A stretch of DNA of 64,000 nucleotides from Acidobacteriota bacterium (GTDB lineage Bacteria; Acidobacteriota; JAQAZP01), in assembly GCA_032127265.1 (NCBI GenBank), contig JAQAZP010000103.1, positions 831 through 64,830 of the forward strand. The letters are read 5' to 3'. Made by a program: the position numbers and the translations under genes. The notes under the pieces were generated by a model. The model worked only from the letters and a program-made list of their open reading frames with translations. It did no database searches and was not told where the DNA came from. Positions 10,444 to 20,337 of this stretch are shown in pieces. Each line of letters opens with the position of its first letter. Within the stretch, counting starts at the first letter, position 1.

Positions 10444-12531
10444 TTGCTCCATGGTTCACAACCCTGCGATAATGAAACCATGGTCACCAAGGATGCCAGC
10501 TCGACTCCCCGGGACCGCGGCGTGATTCGCGACACCCTGGGCACCGTCTCCCAGGCCCTGGCCGGCTGTATCAGTTTCGAGGATTTTTTCGACGCCGTCC
10601 ACGACGCGCTCTCCCCTTTCATCCCCCATGACGCCATGGGAATCTACAACTACGACGCCCGCAAGCAGCAGTTCCGGCCGCTGATCATGGACATCCGGGA
10701 TGAGCTGCCCGAGGCCATCGAAAAGATCTACTCCCTGCCCTCGGACGATACGCTGAAGGCCCGGGCGATCCGCGAGAACCGCGCCTTCCGCATCGAAGAC
10801 ACCGCCCAAGCCGATTACGCCGAAGCGCCCCTGCTGGTGGAGATTGGCCTGCGCAGCCACATGGTGATCCCGCTGGTCAGCCGGGGCCGGCCCCTGGGGG
10901 TGCTTTACGCCGTACACCGCGATCCCGGGGTCTACGACGACTTCCACCTCGCCCTGCTCACCGAACTGGCCGCGCCGGTGGCCGTGGCCCTGGAGGAGGT
11001 GCGGGAGCTGACCACCAGCCGCGCCCTGCAGCAGGTGGGCGAGGTGATGGCCGCCACCCTGGACATCCCGGAACTGTTCCTGCTGGTCTCCGAGCGGCTC
11101 CAGCCGGTGCTGCCGCACACCATCGCCTGCATCTTCGCCGTGGATGAAGCCACGAGCGAGCTGGGCCGGACCCCGCTGGTCCGCGCGACGATCCCCGGGT
11201 TCCCGCTGCCGGAAAAGGAGTGCCGGGACCTGCCCCGGGAGATGGTCGACCAGGCTCTGGTGCGGGGAACCCCGGTGCTGATCCCCAGCCTGATGCTGTA
11301 CATCACCCGGCACGAGAGTTATGCCGGACTGATCGAGGCCGGGATCCAGTCCTGCATGGCCTGCCGTCTGGAGGTGGCCGGCCGCCCCTATGGTCTGCTC
11401 TTCATGGGCGACCGGCGCCACGAGGCCTATGCCCGCACCGACCTGGAAAACTTCCTCTGGGTCGGCCGCCAGCTGAGCCTGGCCGTGGCCCACTCCATCG
11501 CCTTCAAGGGGGTGGAGCAGTTGAGCCGCCAGTTGCAGGAGGAGAACATCTACCTCAAGGAGGAGGTCGCCGCGAAAAGCAATCTCGGCGAGATCATCAG
11601 TGCCAGCCCGGCCCTGCAGAATGTTCTGGAGCAGGCGGAGATGGTGGCCTCCACCGACATCACCGTGCTGATCACCGGCGAGACCGGCACCGGCAAGGAG
11701 CTGATCGCCCGGGCGATCCACGAGCTGGGGCCCCGGGCCGGGAAGTCGATGATCCGGGTCAACTGCGCCGCCCTGCCCCGGGACCTGATCGAGTCGGAGC
11801 TGTTCGGCCACGAGCGGGGCTCGTTCACCGGGGCCGAAAGACGGCACATCGGCCGTTTCGAACTGGCCCACGGCGGCACGCTCTTTCTCGACGAAGTGGG
11901 CGACATGCCGCTGGAGGCCCAGGCCCGGCTGCTCCGCGCGCTGCAGGAGGGGGAGTTCGAACGGGTGGGCGGGGAGAGCCTGATCCGGGTGGACGTGCGG
12001 GTGGTGGCGGCCACCAACCAGGACCTCCAGCGGGCGGTGAGCCAGGGCGACTTCCGTGAAGATCTCTACTACCGGCTCATGGTCTTCCCGATCCACATCC
12101 CGCCGCTGCGTGAGCGGGTGGAGGATATCGTCCCCCTGGCCCGCCACTTCGCCCTGCGCACCGCCGAACGGCTGAAGAAACCGGTGCGCCGGCTGACCCG
12201 GGAGAGCCAGAGCGAGATGCTCCGCTACTCCTGGCCGGGCAACGTCCGCGAGCTGGAGCACATGATCGAGCGGGGCATGATCCTGGCCAAAACAAGCGCC
12301 CTGGACCTGGTGCCGCTGATCAGGGCCGTAGCGCGGCTGAACATCCGCGGCGGCCGCCACTCCTTCCCCACCCTCGATGAGGCCGAGCGGGAGCACATCA
12401 TCTCCGCGCTGGAGGAAACAGGGTGGAAGGTGTCGGGCAAGGGGGGCGCCGCCGAGCTGCTCGACGTTCCACGCACCACCCTCCAGGCCCGGATGCGCAA
12501 GCTGGGGATCGGCCGCAACGGCCGGCGCTGA
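10444..12531 (+). CDS. sigma-54-dependent transcriptional activator with N-terminal GAF-type sensor region, no receiver domain
   Basis: AAA+ sigma-54 interaction domain ([29 protein letters not shown]-type loop), C-terminal Fis-type HTH, and an N-terminal region of about 370 aa resembling GAF. Confidence 0.9.
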   Translation: MLHGSQPCDNETMVTKDASSTPRDRGVIRDTLGTVSQALAGCISFEDFFDAVHDALSPFIPHDAMGIYNYDARKQQFRPLIMDIRDELPEAIEKIYSLPSDDTLKARAIRENRAFRIEDTAQADYAEAPLLVEIGLRSHMVIPLVSRGRPLGVLYAVHRDPGVYDDFHLALLTELAAPVAVALEEVRELTTSRALQQVGEVMAATLDIPELFLLVSERLQPVLPHTIACIFAVDEATSELGRTPLVRATIPGFPLPEKECRDLPREMVDQALVRGTPVLIPSLMLYITRHESYAGLIEAGIQSCMACRLEVAGRPYGLLFMGDRRHEAYARTDLENFLWVGRQLSLAVAHSIAFKGVEQLSRQLQEENIYLKEEVAAKSNLGEIISASPALQNVLEQAEMVASTDITVLITGETGTGKELIARAIHELGPRAGKSMIRVNCAALPRDLIESELFGHERGSFTGAERRHIGRFELAHGGTLFLDEVGDMPLEAQARLLRALQEGEFERVGGESLIRVDVRVVAATNQDLQRAVSQGDFREDLYYRLMVFPIHIPPLRERVEDIVPLARHFALRTAERLKKPVRRLTRESQSEMLRYSWPGNVRELEHMIERGMILAKTSALDLVPLIRAVARLNIRGGRHSFPTLDEAEREHIISALEETGWKVSGKGGAAELLDVPRTTLQARMRKLGIGRNGRR

Positions 12532-12668
12532 TTCTGTCGAACAATCCCCCCCGAAACTGTTATACTCGCCAAAACGTATACTATCCACGTACCAGATTAC
12601 AAATCCGAGGGTCAACACACCGGGCAATAATCCTGCCCGGGAACAAACCATAGAGGAGGAGGCACAAC

Positions 12669-13955
12669 ATGGCCGCAAAAGTCGGGGGCTCGAAGGCGCC
12701 CATATCGATCGTCATCATCCTGGTCATCATCCTGGCGGTGGCCGGGATCTTCTCCAAATACCTGGTGGAGACCAACAACGCCGGCTATATCAAGCTCCGG
12801 CAGATGCCGGTCACCGGAACTCTGGATATCTACTCCGATCCGGGGATGTTCGGCCAGTGGTTCGGCCTGGTCACCGAATACAAGCAGGCCGGTACCTATT
12901 CCTTTACTGACGAGGCGCTCCCCGCGGATCAGGTGGAGGACAGCGCCGTATCCGCGGCCATTGAGGTGCGCTTCAACGACGGCGGCATCGCCAGGCTTGC
13001 CGGCAACGCCCGTTTCGAGCTGCCGCTGACACCGGCGGCGATGACCCAGATCCACAACAAGTTCCGCAGCTACGACCATATCTCCCAGTCGCTGGTCAAG
13101 CCGGCCATCGCCGAGGCGCTGATCCTCACCGCCTCCTTGATGAGCGCCGAGGAGAGTTATTCAGGCCGCCGGGCCGAGTTCTCCCAACTGGCCTGGGACC
13201 AGGTGCTCAACGGAGTCTACATCACCGAATCGGAGGAGCGGGAGACCATCGACCCGGCCACCGGCGAGAAGAAAAACAAACGGATCGTGCACATCAAGTA
13301 CTCCGCCGACGGGCAGCCGGTACGCAAGCAGAACTCGCTGGCCCTCTACGAGATCCGGATCACCCAGTTCTTCCTCGACAAGGACTTCGGTTACGAGCAT
13401 GGCGTGCTGCAGCAGATCAGCAACCAGCGGGACGCGATGATGAAGACCGTGGCGGCCAAGGCCGAGGCGGAGAAGTCCCAGCAGGACCGGCTCACCGCCG
13501 AAGCCCAGGGGCAGGCCAACGTGATGACCGCCAAGTACGAAGCCGAGGTGGAAAAGGAACGGGCCGTGGTGGAGGCACGCAAGCGCAAGGAAGTGGCCGA
13601 GACCGAGGCCTCCCAGCGGCTGGAGGTGGCCAAGCTGGACAAGACGGCGGCCGAGGAATACAAGCTGATGCAGTTGCTCCGCGCCGAGGGAGACTCGGAA
13701 TACAAGCGGCGGGTGATGCAGGCCGACGGCGCCCTGGCCCAGAAGCTGGAGGCCTGGACGGACGTGAACAAGCGCTACGCCCAGGCCATCGAGAACTACA
13801 AGGGTAACTGGGTGCCCAACCTGGTGATGGGAGGGTCGGGCACCGGCAGCACCATGGGCTCGCAGGACCTGATCAACCTGCTCACGGCTAAAACGGCCCA
13901 GGAACTGGCCCTCGACCTGAGCCTGCCCAAGGGCAACACCCGCCCCCCGCAGTAG
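12669..13955 (+). CDS. SPFH/band-7 (flotillin/HflK-like) membrane protein
   Basis: N-terminal TM helix, a central domain, then a long Ala/Glu/Lys-rich coiled coil typical of SPFH proteins. Good RBS (gaggaggagg) before the ATG. Confidence 0.6.
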   Translation: MAAKVGGSKAPISIVIILVIILAVAGIFSKYLVETNNAGYIKLRQMPVTGTLDIYSDPGMFGQWFGLVTEYKQAGTYSFTDEALPADQVEDSAVSAAIEVRFNDGGIARLAGNARFELPLTPAAMTQIHNKFRSYDHISQSLVKPAIAEALILTASLMSAEESYSGRRAEFSQLAWDQVLNGVYITESEERETIDPATGEKKNKRIVHIKYSADGQPVRKQNSLALYEIRITQFFLDKDFGYEHGVLQQISNQRDAMMKTVAAKAEAEKSQQDRLTAEAQGQANVMTAKYEAEVEKERAVVEARKRKEVAETEASQRLEVAKLDKTAAEEYKLMQLLRAEGDSEYKRRVMQADGALAQKLEAWTDVNKRYAQAIENYKGNWVPNLVMGGSGTGSTMGSQDLINLLTAKTAQELALDLSLPKGNTRPPQ

Positions 13956-13986
13956 GGGCGGGATAAATTTTTCGTACATTTCAAGG

Positions 13987-14030
13987 GGGACGTCGCAACC
14001 GCGATGTCCCCCTTTTCTTTTCTTCTCCAA
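13987..14030 (+). terminator. rho-independent terminator
   Basis: gggggacgtcgc-aacc-gcgatgtccccc followed by TTTTCTTTTC, immediately after the SPFH gene. Confidence 0.5.
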
Positions 14031-14083
14031 GTTTGTTCAGAAATTGAAGTGGCTTCAGAACCTCAGCTGTGGCTCGATAACAA

Positions 14084-14151
14084 GGCGCCGGCCGACGAGA
14101 AAGCGGAGCATACTTTTGTGGGATGTGACGCTTCTCGAGGAGGCCGGCAAC
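14084..14151. repeat. copy A of a roughly 70-bp palindromic intergenic repeat (REP/MITE-like)
   Basis: GGCGCCGGCCGACGAGAAAGCGGAGCATACTTTTGTGGGATGTGACGCTTCTCGAGGAGGCCGGCAAC. About 90% identical to the reverse complement of 25639-25707. Contains an internal hairpin between GCCGGC flanks. Confidence 0.6.
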
Positions 14152-14189
14152 GCCGTTATCGGGCCGCAAGCTGGGGTTATGGAGCCGCT

Positions 14190-14687
14190 TCACTCGACTT
14201 CGGCGAAGATTTCCTTGAGCATGGCGTCCATCGCCGCGGGGTCTTCCACCAGCCCGTCCACCCGTGCTTCGTCCTCGGCCCCGAAGTCGGTGAGCGCCTT
14301 GAAGCTGCGGACAAAATCCTCGACGCAGTGCAGAACCTTGGCCTGGGACTCGAAGGTACCCGGGGCGCCCACATCCCCCTGGTCCACCTGCTCGACGATC
14401 CGGTTGTAGGCCACGATCAGGCGGTAGACGTCGCGGCGCCGCTCGCCGAACCAGGGGACGGCCAGCAGGCGGTCCACGGTGTCCTTGGCCTCGGCCCGGC
14501 CGTTCTGGGCAAAGGAGTCGATCATCCGGAAGTAGGTCGACTGCAGCCGCTGAAGGTCGTGGAAGCGGTGGCTGCGATAGAGAGCCAGCAGGAGGTAGAA
14601 GACGTCGGAAAGAAACCGCACGGCGTCGCTGTTCTCCCGGACCCAGGGTATCCGGAACGCCTGGCGCCAGACAGAATAGGGAACCAT
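14190..14687 (-). CDS. hypothetical protein (165 aa)
   Basis: Protein-like composition on the minus strand. The overlapping plus-strand ORF is Gly/Val/His/Pro-rich and looks antisense. No recognisable domain. Confidence 0.4.
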   Translation of the reverse strand: MVPYSVWRQAFRIPWVRENSDAVRFLSDVFYLLLALYRSHRFHDLQRLQSTYFRMIDSFAQNGRAEAKDTVDRLLAVPWFGERRRDVYRLIVAYNRIVEQVDQGDVGAPGTFESQAKVLHCVEDFVRSFKALTDFGAEDEARVDGLVEDPAAMDAMLKEIFAEVE

Positions 14688-14702
14688 GAAACCGCCTCCG
14701 CT

Positions 14703-14936
14703 CTAAAAAGAATGTATTGACCCGCAGTCGGGACATTCCCAAGTCAGGTTGTTGCAGGTCAGGCCCCAGGAGTTTTCATCCATGCAGACCTGGCAGATCA
14801 TGAAGCCGCAATCAGCGCAGTGCCAGCAGAACAGGCCCTCGGCGCTGCAGACCGAACAGGTCCGCTCCCGCATCCGCCTGCGCCCTTTCCGAGGTTCTCC
14901 GGTCATCTTGAATTTCAGATGTGTGCCTATGTCCAA
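14703..14936 (-). CDS. small Cys-rich zinc-ribbon protein (77 aa)
   Basis: Five CxxC pairs (CSVC, CWHC, CADC, CQVC, CPDC) in 50 aa. Lies 46 nt downstream of carB on the same strand. Confidence 0.45.
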   Translation of the reverse strand: MDIGTHLKFKMTGEPRKGRRRMRERTCSVCSAEGLFCWHCADCGFMICQVCMDENSWGLTCNNLTWECPDCGSIHSF

Positions 14937-14982
14937 TGATACAGGAAATTGCTGAAGAATCGAACCACCGTCATGGCGGTGT

Positions 14983-17900
14983 TCAATATTCCTCCCAGCT
15001 CTTGATTAACAGATCCTCACGCTTCATGCCCTGCAGCGCCTCCACCAGGCGCTTGGCCAGTTGAAGATTGGTTACCAGCGGGACACCGAAATCCACCGCC
15101 TGACGGCGGACCAGGTAGTCGTTGGTCACCTCCTCCTCCTGGAAGTTCTTGGGAATGTTGATCACCAGGTCCACATTGCCGTCGGCAATGGTGCTCATCA
15201 CGTTCGGCTCCCCCTTCTCCAGCGGCCAGTGGAGGATGGTGGTCTCCAGGCCGTTGCGGGCGAGAAACTCGCCGGTGCCCCGGGTGGCGTAAAAACGGAT
15301 GCCCATGGAGGCCAGAATCCGGGCGTACTCGAGAAAGTCGGCCTTGCTCTCGATGGGGCCGGTGGAAAGCAGCACCGAGCCGATGCTCAGCGGGTAGCCC
15401 ACAGAGTGCATCGCCTTGAGGAAGGCCTCACTGAACGTATCGCCGAGACAGCCCACTTCCCCGGTGGAGGCCATCTCCACTCCCAGCACCGGGTCGGCAC
15501 CGTGGAGCCGGGTGAAGGAGAACTGCGGCGCCTTGACCCCCACATAGTCCAGTTCGAAGAAGGAGCGCCGGCGCCACTCCACCTTCTCCCCCATCACCGC
15601 TTTGGTGGCGGCCTCGATGAAGTTTTCCTTGCAGACCTTGGAAACGAAGGGGAAGCTGCGCGACGCGCGCAGGTTGCACTCGATCACCTTCACCGCATTC
15701 TCCCGGGCGATGAACTGGATGTTGAACGGACCGCTGACCTCCAGCGCCCGGGCGATCTCCCTGGTAATCCGTTTGATCCGCCGGGTGGTTTCGAGGTAGG
15801 TGCGCTGGGGCGGCAGGACCAGCGTGGCGTCGCCGGAGTGGACACCGGCGTTCTCCACGTGCTCGGAGATGGCATACATCTCCACCTCGCCATTCGCGGC
15901 CACGGCATCCATCTCGATCTCCTTGGCCCCCATGATGAACTTGCTCACCACCACCGGGTGCTCCAGCGAGACGTCCTCCGCCCGGGCGAGGAAGCGGGCC
16001 AGTTGCTCGCCGTTCACCGCCACGCCCATGGCCGACCCGCTGAGCACGTACGAGGGGCGAACCAGCACCGGGTAGCCCACCTTTTCGGCAAAGGCGGCCG
16101 CTTCTTCTATCGACGCAACCTCGGTCCACTCCGGCTGGTCGATGCCCAGGCTGTCCAGCAGGCTGGAGAACTTGTGGCGGTCCTCGGCCCGGTCGATGCT
16201 CGCCGACGAGGTGCCGAGGATCGGCAGCCCGGCCGCGGCCAGCTGGGGGGCGAGGATGTTGGGCACCTGGCCGCCCATGGAGACCACCACACCCTTGGGC
16301 CGCTCCTTGGCGCAGATCTCCAGCACCGTCTCGAGGTTCAGCTCGTCGAAGTAGAGCCGGTCGCACTCGTCATAGTCGGTGCTCACCGTCTCCGGATTGT
16401 AATTGGCCATCAGCGTGCGGTAGCCCAGTTTCTTCAGCGTGCGCACCGCGTTGACACAGCACCAGTCGAACTCCACCGAGCTGCCGATACGGTAGGCCCC
16501 CGAGCCGAGGACCAGCACCGACTCCCCTTTCTGGTCGAAGGTCACGTCGTCCTCGCGGCCCTGGTAGGTCAGGTAGAGATAGTTGGTGGCCGCGGGATAC
16601 TCGGCGGCCAGGGTGTCGATCTGTTTGACGCAGGGCACGATGCCCCGGCTGCGCCGCATCCGGCGCACCGCGTCCTCGCTGCGCTCGATGAGCAGGCCGA
16701 TCTGCTCGTCGGCGAACCCGGCCTGCTTGGCCTCCCGCAGCACGCCGCCCGGAAGGTCACCGCCGGCAAACTGGCGCAGGGTGGCGGCGATGCGGACCAC
16801 CTCCTCGATCTGATGCAGGAACCAGAAATCGATGCGGGTCAGGTCGTGGATCTTCTCCAGGGTCCAGCCGGCGTCCATGGCCCGGGCCAGGGCGAATATC
16901 CGCTCGTCGGTGGGGTGGCGCAGCTCCTCTTCCAGGTCGTCGAAGCTGATCTGCTGGTCGCCGATCAGCCCGCGGGCGCCGATCTCCAGCATGCGCAGCG
17001 CTTTCTGCAGCGCCTCGGGGAAGGTGCGGCCGATGGCCATCACCTCGCCCACCGACTTCATCCCGGTACCGATGGTCTTCACCGCCCGGCGAAACTTGCG
17101 CAGATCCCAGCGCGGAATCTTGACCACCACGTAGTCCAGCGCCGGCTCGAAGCAGGCCATGGTCACCCTGGTCACCGCGTTGGGGATCTCAGTGAGCGAA
17201 AACCCGAGGGCCAGCCGGGCGGCCACCGCGGCCAGCGGGTAGCCGGTGGCCTTGGAGGCCAGGGCCGAACTGCGGGAGAGTCGGGCATTGACCTCGATCA
17301 CCCGGCATTCGTCCGACTCGGGGTCGAGGGCGAACTGGATGTTGCACTCGCCGACGATGCCCAGGTGGCGGATGACCCGGATGGAGATCTCCCTCAGCCG
17401 GTGATACTCCTCGTTGCTCAGGGTCTGGCTCGGGGCCACCACGATGGACTCGCCGGTGTGAATGCCCAGCGGGTCGAGGTTCTCCATGTTGCAGATGGTG
17501 ACGCAGTTGTCCTGCCCGTCCCGCATCACCTCGTATTCCAGTTCCTTCCAGCCGTGGAGATACTCCTCCACCAGGATGTGGTCGGCCAGGGCCAGCGCCT
17601 TGACCGCCGTATCGCGCAGCGATTTTTTTGTGGGGCAGATCCCGGACCCCAGGCCGCCGAGGGAGAACCCGGAACGGATCATGATCGGATAGCCGATCTC
17701 CTCGGCAATGACCAGCGCCTCCTCCACCGCGCCCACGGCCCTGGAGCGGGGCACCTGCACCCCGATCTCGGCCAGGCTGTCGGCGAAGAGCTGGCGGTCC
17801 TCGGTTAGCCGGATCGCGGCCACCGGTGTGCCAAGCACTCTGACTCCGTAACGCTCGAAAACACCGTCGGCTTCCAGTTGGAGCCCGCAATTGAGCGCGG

Positions 17901-18183
17901 TCTGCCCGCCAAAACCGAGCAGCACGCCTTCCGGACGCTCCCGCTCGATCACCCCGGCCACGAAATCCTTCTCCACCGGCAGGAAGTAGACCCGGTCGGC
18001 CAGGTGCTCGGAGGTCTGGATGGTGGCGATGTTGGGGTTGACCAGGATGACGTGAATACCCTCTTCCTTGAGCGCCTTGATCGCCTGGCTGCCCGAGTAG
18101 TCGAACTCTCCGGCCTCGCCGATTTTCAGTGCCCCGGAACCGAGAATCAGCACGCTCTTCGGCTTGGTGATCGTCGATTTCAT
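14983..18183 (-). CDS. carB: carbamoyl-phosphate synthase large subunit
   Basis: Begins MKSTITKPKSVLILGSGALKIGEAGEFDYSGSQA..., with the duplicated ATP-grasp halves and MGS-like C-terminus. The ATG at 18181-18183 overlaps the carA stop. The longer ORF in the track (to 18588) is an in-frame upstream extension. Confidence 0.95.
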   Translation of the reverse strand: MKSTITKPKSVLILGSGALKIGEAGEFDYSGSQAIKALKEEGIHVILVNPNIATIQTSEHLADRVYFLPVEKDFVAGVIERERPEGVLLGFGGQTALNCGLQLEADGVFERYGVRVLGTPVAAIRLTEDRQLFADSLAEIGVQVPRSRAVGAVEEALVIAEEIGYPIMIRSGFSLGGLGSGICPTKKSLRDTAVKALALADHILVEEYLHGWKELEYEVMRDGQDNCVTICNMENLDPLGIHTGESIVVAPSQTLSNEEYHRLREISIRVIRHLGIVGECNIQFALDPESDECRVIEVNARLSRSSALASKATGYPLAAVAARLALGFSLTEIPNAVTRVTMACFEPALDYVVVKIPRWDLRKFRRAVKTIGTGMKSVGEVMAIGRTFPEALQKALRMLEIGARGLIGDQQISFDDLEEELRHPTDERIFALARAMDAGWTLEKIHDLTRIDFWFLHQIEEVVRIAATLRQFAGGDLPGGVLREAKQAGFADEQIGLLIERSEDAVRRMRRSRGIVPCVKQIDTLAAEYPAATNYLYLTYQGREDDVTFDQKGESVLVLGSGAYRIGSSVEFDWCCVNAVRTLKKLGYRTLMANYNPETVSTDYDECDRLYFDELNLETVLEICAKERPKGVVVSMGGQVPNILAPQLAAAGLPILGTSSASIDRAEDRHKFSSLLDSLGIDQPEWTEVASIEEAAAFAEKVGYPVLVRPSYVLSGSAMGVAVNGEQLARFLARAEDVSLEHPVVVSKFIMGAKEIEMDAVAANGEVEMYAISEHVENAGVHSGDATLVLPPQRTYLETTRRIKRITREIARALEVSGPFNIQFIARENAVKVIECNLRASRSFPFVSKVCKENFIEAATKAVMGEKVEWRRRSFFELDYVGVKAPQFSFTRLHGADPVLGVEMASTGEVGCLGDTFSEAFLKAMHSVGYPLSIGSVLLSTGPIESKADFLEYARILASMGIRFYATRGTGEFLARNGLETTILHWPLEKGEPNVMSTIADGNVDLVINIPKNFQEEEVTNDYLVRRQAVDFGVPLVTNLQLAKRLVEALQGMKREDLLIKSWEEY

Positions 18184-19268
18184 TTGCCGCCCCCCTTGCT
18201 GCCGAGCATGGCGACGAACTCGTCGAAGAGAAAATCGGTGTCCACCGGGCCGGGCCGGGCTTCGGGGTGGAACTGCACGCTGCGCAGCGGCTTGTCCCGG
18301 TGCCTGATCCCCTCGTTGGTGCCGTCGTTGGCGTTGAAGAACCAGGGCTGCCAGCCCTCGGGCAGGCTCCGGTCGTCCACCGCATAGCCATGGTTCTGGG
18401 AGGTGATGTGACAGCGCCGGCTGCCAACCCGCATACAGGGCTGGTTCTGGCCCCGATGGCCGAATTTCAGTTTGTAGGTGTCGGCCCCGGCGGCCAGAGC
18501 CATGATCTGGTTCCCGAGGCAGATCCCGAACAGCGGGATGCTGCCGTCCTCGATCAGTTTCCGGACGTTCTCCACCGTGGGCCCGCACAGCTTGGGGTCA
18601 CCGGGGCCGTTGGAGATCACCACCCCATCCACCCGCTCACTGCTCAAATCGTAATCCCAGGGGACGCGCAGCACGCTGACCCCCCGCTGCAGCAGGCTGC
18701 GAATGATACCGGCCTTGGCGCCGCAGTCGATCAGTGCCACGCGCTGCCGGCCGCTGCCGATAATCGTCGGCTCGGTCACGCTGACCAACTGCACCAATGC
18801 ATCGTATTCCGGCTCCGGCGCCGGACTCTCCCGGTCGGAGAGGATCACCCGCCCCTTCATCGTGCCCCGGTGGCGCAGCCGCTTGGTCAGCGCCCGGGTG
18901 TCCACCCCGGTGATCCCCGGAATCCCCTCCCGGTCGAGCCAGGCGTGCAGGCTCTCGGCGGCCCGCCAGTGGGAATAGTGACGGGAGTATTCGGCCACTA
19001 CCAGGGCCCGGGCGTGAATCCGCTCCGATTCGAAGGGGCTGCGGGCCAGGTCGGCCGTCCCATTGATGCGGCTTTGGGGTACGCCGTAGTTGCCCACCAG
19101 AGGGTAGGTCAGGACCAGAATCTGGCCGGAATAGGACGGGTCGGTGAGGCTCTCCGGGTAGCCGACCATGCCGGTGTTGAAGACCACTTCACCAGAGGCG
19201 GGGAAGCAACCGCCAAACAGTTCCCCGGCCCACTCGGACCCGTCTTCTAGGAGAAGTGTCGCTCTCAA
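18180..19268 (-). CDS. carA: carbamoyl-phosphate synthase small subunit (glutamine amidotransferase)
   Basis: ...ATLLLEDGSEWAGELFG...GEVVFNTGMVGYPESLTDPSYSGQILVLTYP, class I GATase C-terminus. Start placed at TTG 19268, preceded by GGAAAGG; the in-frame ATG at 19343 is an alternative. Confidence 0.88.
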   Translation of the reverse strand: MRATLLLEDGSEWAGELFGGCFPASGEVVFNTGMVGYPESLTDPSYSGQILVLTYPLVGNYGVPQSRINGTADLARSPFESERIHARALVVAEYSRHYSHWRAAESLHAWLDREGIPGITGVDTRALTKRLRHRGTMKGRVILSDRESPAPEPEYDALVQLVSVTEPTIIGSGRQRVALIDCGAKAGIIRSLLQRGVSVLRVPWDYDLSSERVDGVVISNGPGDPKLCGPTVENVRKLIEDGSIPLFGICLGNQIMALAAGADTYKLKFGHRGQNQPCMRVGSRRCHITSQNHGYAVDDRSLPEGWQPWFFNANDGTNEGIRHRDKPLRSVQFHPEARPGPVDTDFLFDEFVAMLGSKGGGK

Positions 19269-19724
19269 TACGATCCTTTCCCGGTGATGTGGCTCGACTG
19301 CCGCACCTCGCCGGTTGAGCTTCGTGCGGCCACCGGCGACCATGGAGTACAGAATGCAGCGAAAATAGCAGAGGGGTCAACAGGCTGTCAATCTGATCAC
19401 CTCCAGCCGCACCGGGCCTGTCCTCCCTGGGAACTAAAGCGATCCGAACCGTCCACTTTTGTATCCACCTCTGTAAACCAGGGTTGACTGTGACGGGTTC
19501 GGAAACCCGCGGCCACCCATCTGGACATCCGGACCTCTGTCGCCTCAGGGACGCATCGGACCAGTAAAATATTTAAAATCTATAACTTGCACCCAAAGTC
19601 AAGGTCGTGATTGGCCCATATCCCCCTCTGATGATCCCTGGAAGATAGTGTAAAATCCTGCAGCGAACCGTAAAAACGCCGGCATGAAGACATCAAAAAT
19701 GAGAGTGAAATGCCCATATTTCGG

Positions 19725-19750
19725 CACATTGCCCGTATTAGGGCAATGTG
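19725..19750. promoter_or_regulatory. perfect 10-bp inverted repeat (cacattgccc-N6-gggcaatgtg), candidate upstream activator site
   Basis: Read directly from the sequence. Lies about 95-120 bp upstream of the sigma-54 -24/-12 element at 19845. Confidence 0.35.
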
Positions 19751-19844
19751 AAATTTATTAATCCACGGTCAGATGGGATTAGAAATAAGACTAACGCATT
19801 GTAAACAATCGACTTGTAAATTATTTTCAAATTCTTCTGAACGC

Positions 19845-19859
19845 TGGCACATTGTTTGC
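19845..19859 (+). promoter_or_regulatory. sigma-54 (RpoN) promoter, -24/-12 elements
   Basis: cTGGCACattgtTTGCg is an exact TGGCAC-N5-TTGC match reading rightward. It sits in an AT-rich intergenic region with a palindrome roughly 100 bp upstream. Confidence 0.55.
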
Positions 19860-19929
19860 GTATAGATAGTGACGTGCAGCGGCATAAGGCCGGATGAAAA
19901 CTGAATAGGTTGTTGGACCATTCAACGCT

Positions 19930-20337
19930 GTGAGCAATATCCAAGTGCCTGATGAAACGGAACTGGAACTTGCCGGGCAGCTTGAACGAGCTTTAGAGCA
20001 GCGCTGGCAGGAATTGTCAGCACGCCGTTATTCCTCACCGTGCCGGGCGGTGGCCGACCTCACCCGGGATGGCGAGGGTATCCTTGAGGCGGCCGGTCTG
20101 GAAGGGGTTCCACCCTTCCCCGGATGTCTCAAAATCGGATGCGGCAACGGCCGCTCGAATTCGGATCTCCGCCTTTACAGCTGCACGGCGCTGACGAGGG
20201 AGCACGGAGATCAGTCGCTGGTCATCCACCTCAAGGTCGAACTGGCCCAGACGGGTGGTGATCAGGAGTTGGCGCTCAAAGAGATGCTCGTTGGCTGCCC
20301 TGAAGTTCGGGTGGTCTCTCCCGGCACAACCGGTTGA
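19930..20337 (+). CDS. hypothetical protein (135 aa, GTG start), candidate sigma-54-dependent gene
   Basis: ORF begins about 60 nt after the predicted sigma-54 transcription start. No clear SD and no recognisable domain, so coding status is uncertain. Confidence 0.25.
   Translation: MSNIQVPDETELELAGQLERALEQRWQELSARRYSSPCRAVADLTRDGEGILEAAGLEGVPPFPGCLKIGCGNGRSNSDLRLYSCTALTREHGDQSLVIHLKVELAQTGGDQELALKEMLVGCPEVRVVSPGTTG

Noticed and set aside
14983-18588. Track ORF gives carB a 135-aa N-terminal extension
   Set aside because: The extension is Arg/Pro/Gly-rich with no homology. The canonical CarB N-terminus (MKSTITKPKSVLILGSG) starts at the ATG at 18183, which overlaps the carA stop.
19723-19740. 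Second sigma-54 promoter at cGGCACattgcCCGT
   Set aside because: It shares GGCACATTG with the real site but lacks the TTGC at the -12 position. It is part of the upstream palindrome, not a promoter.
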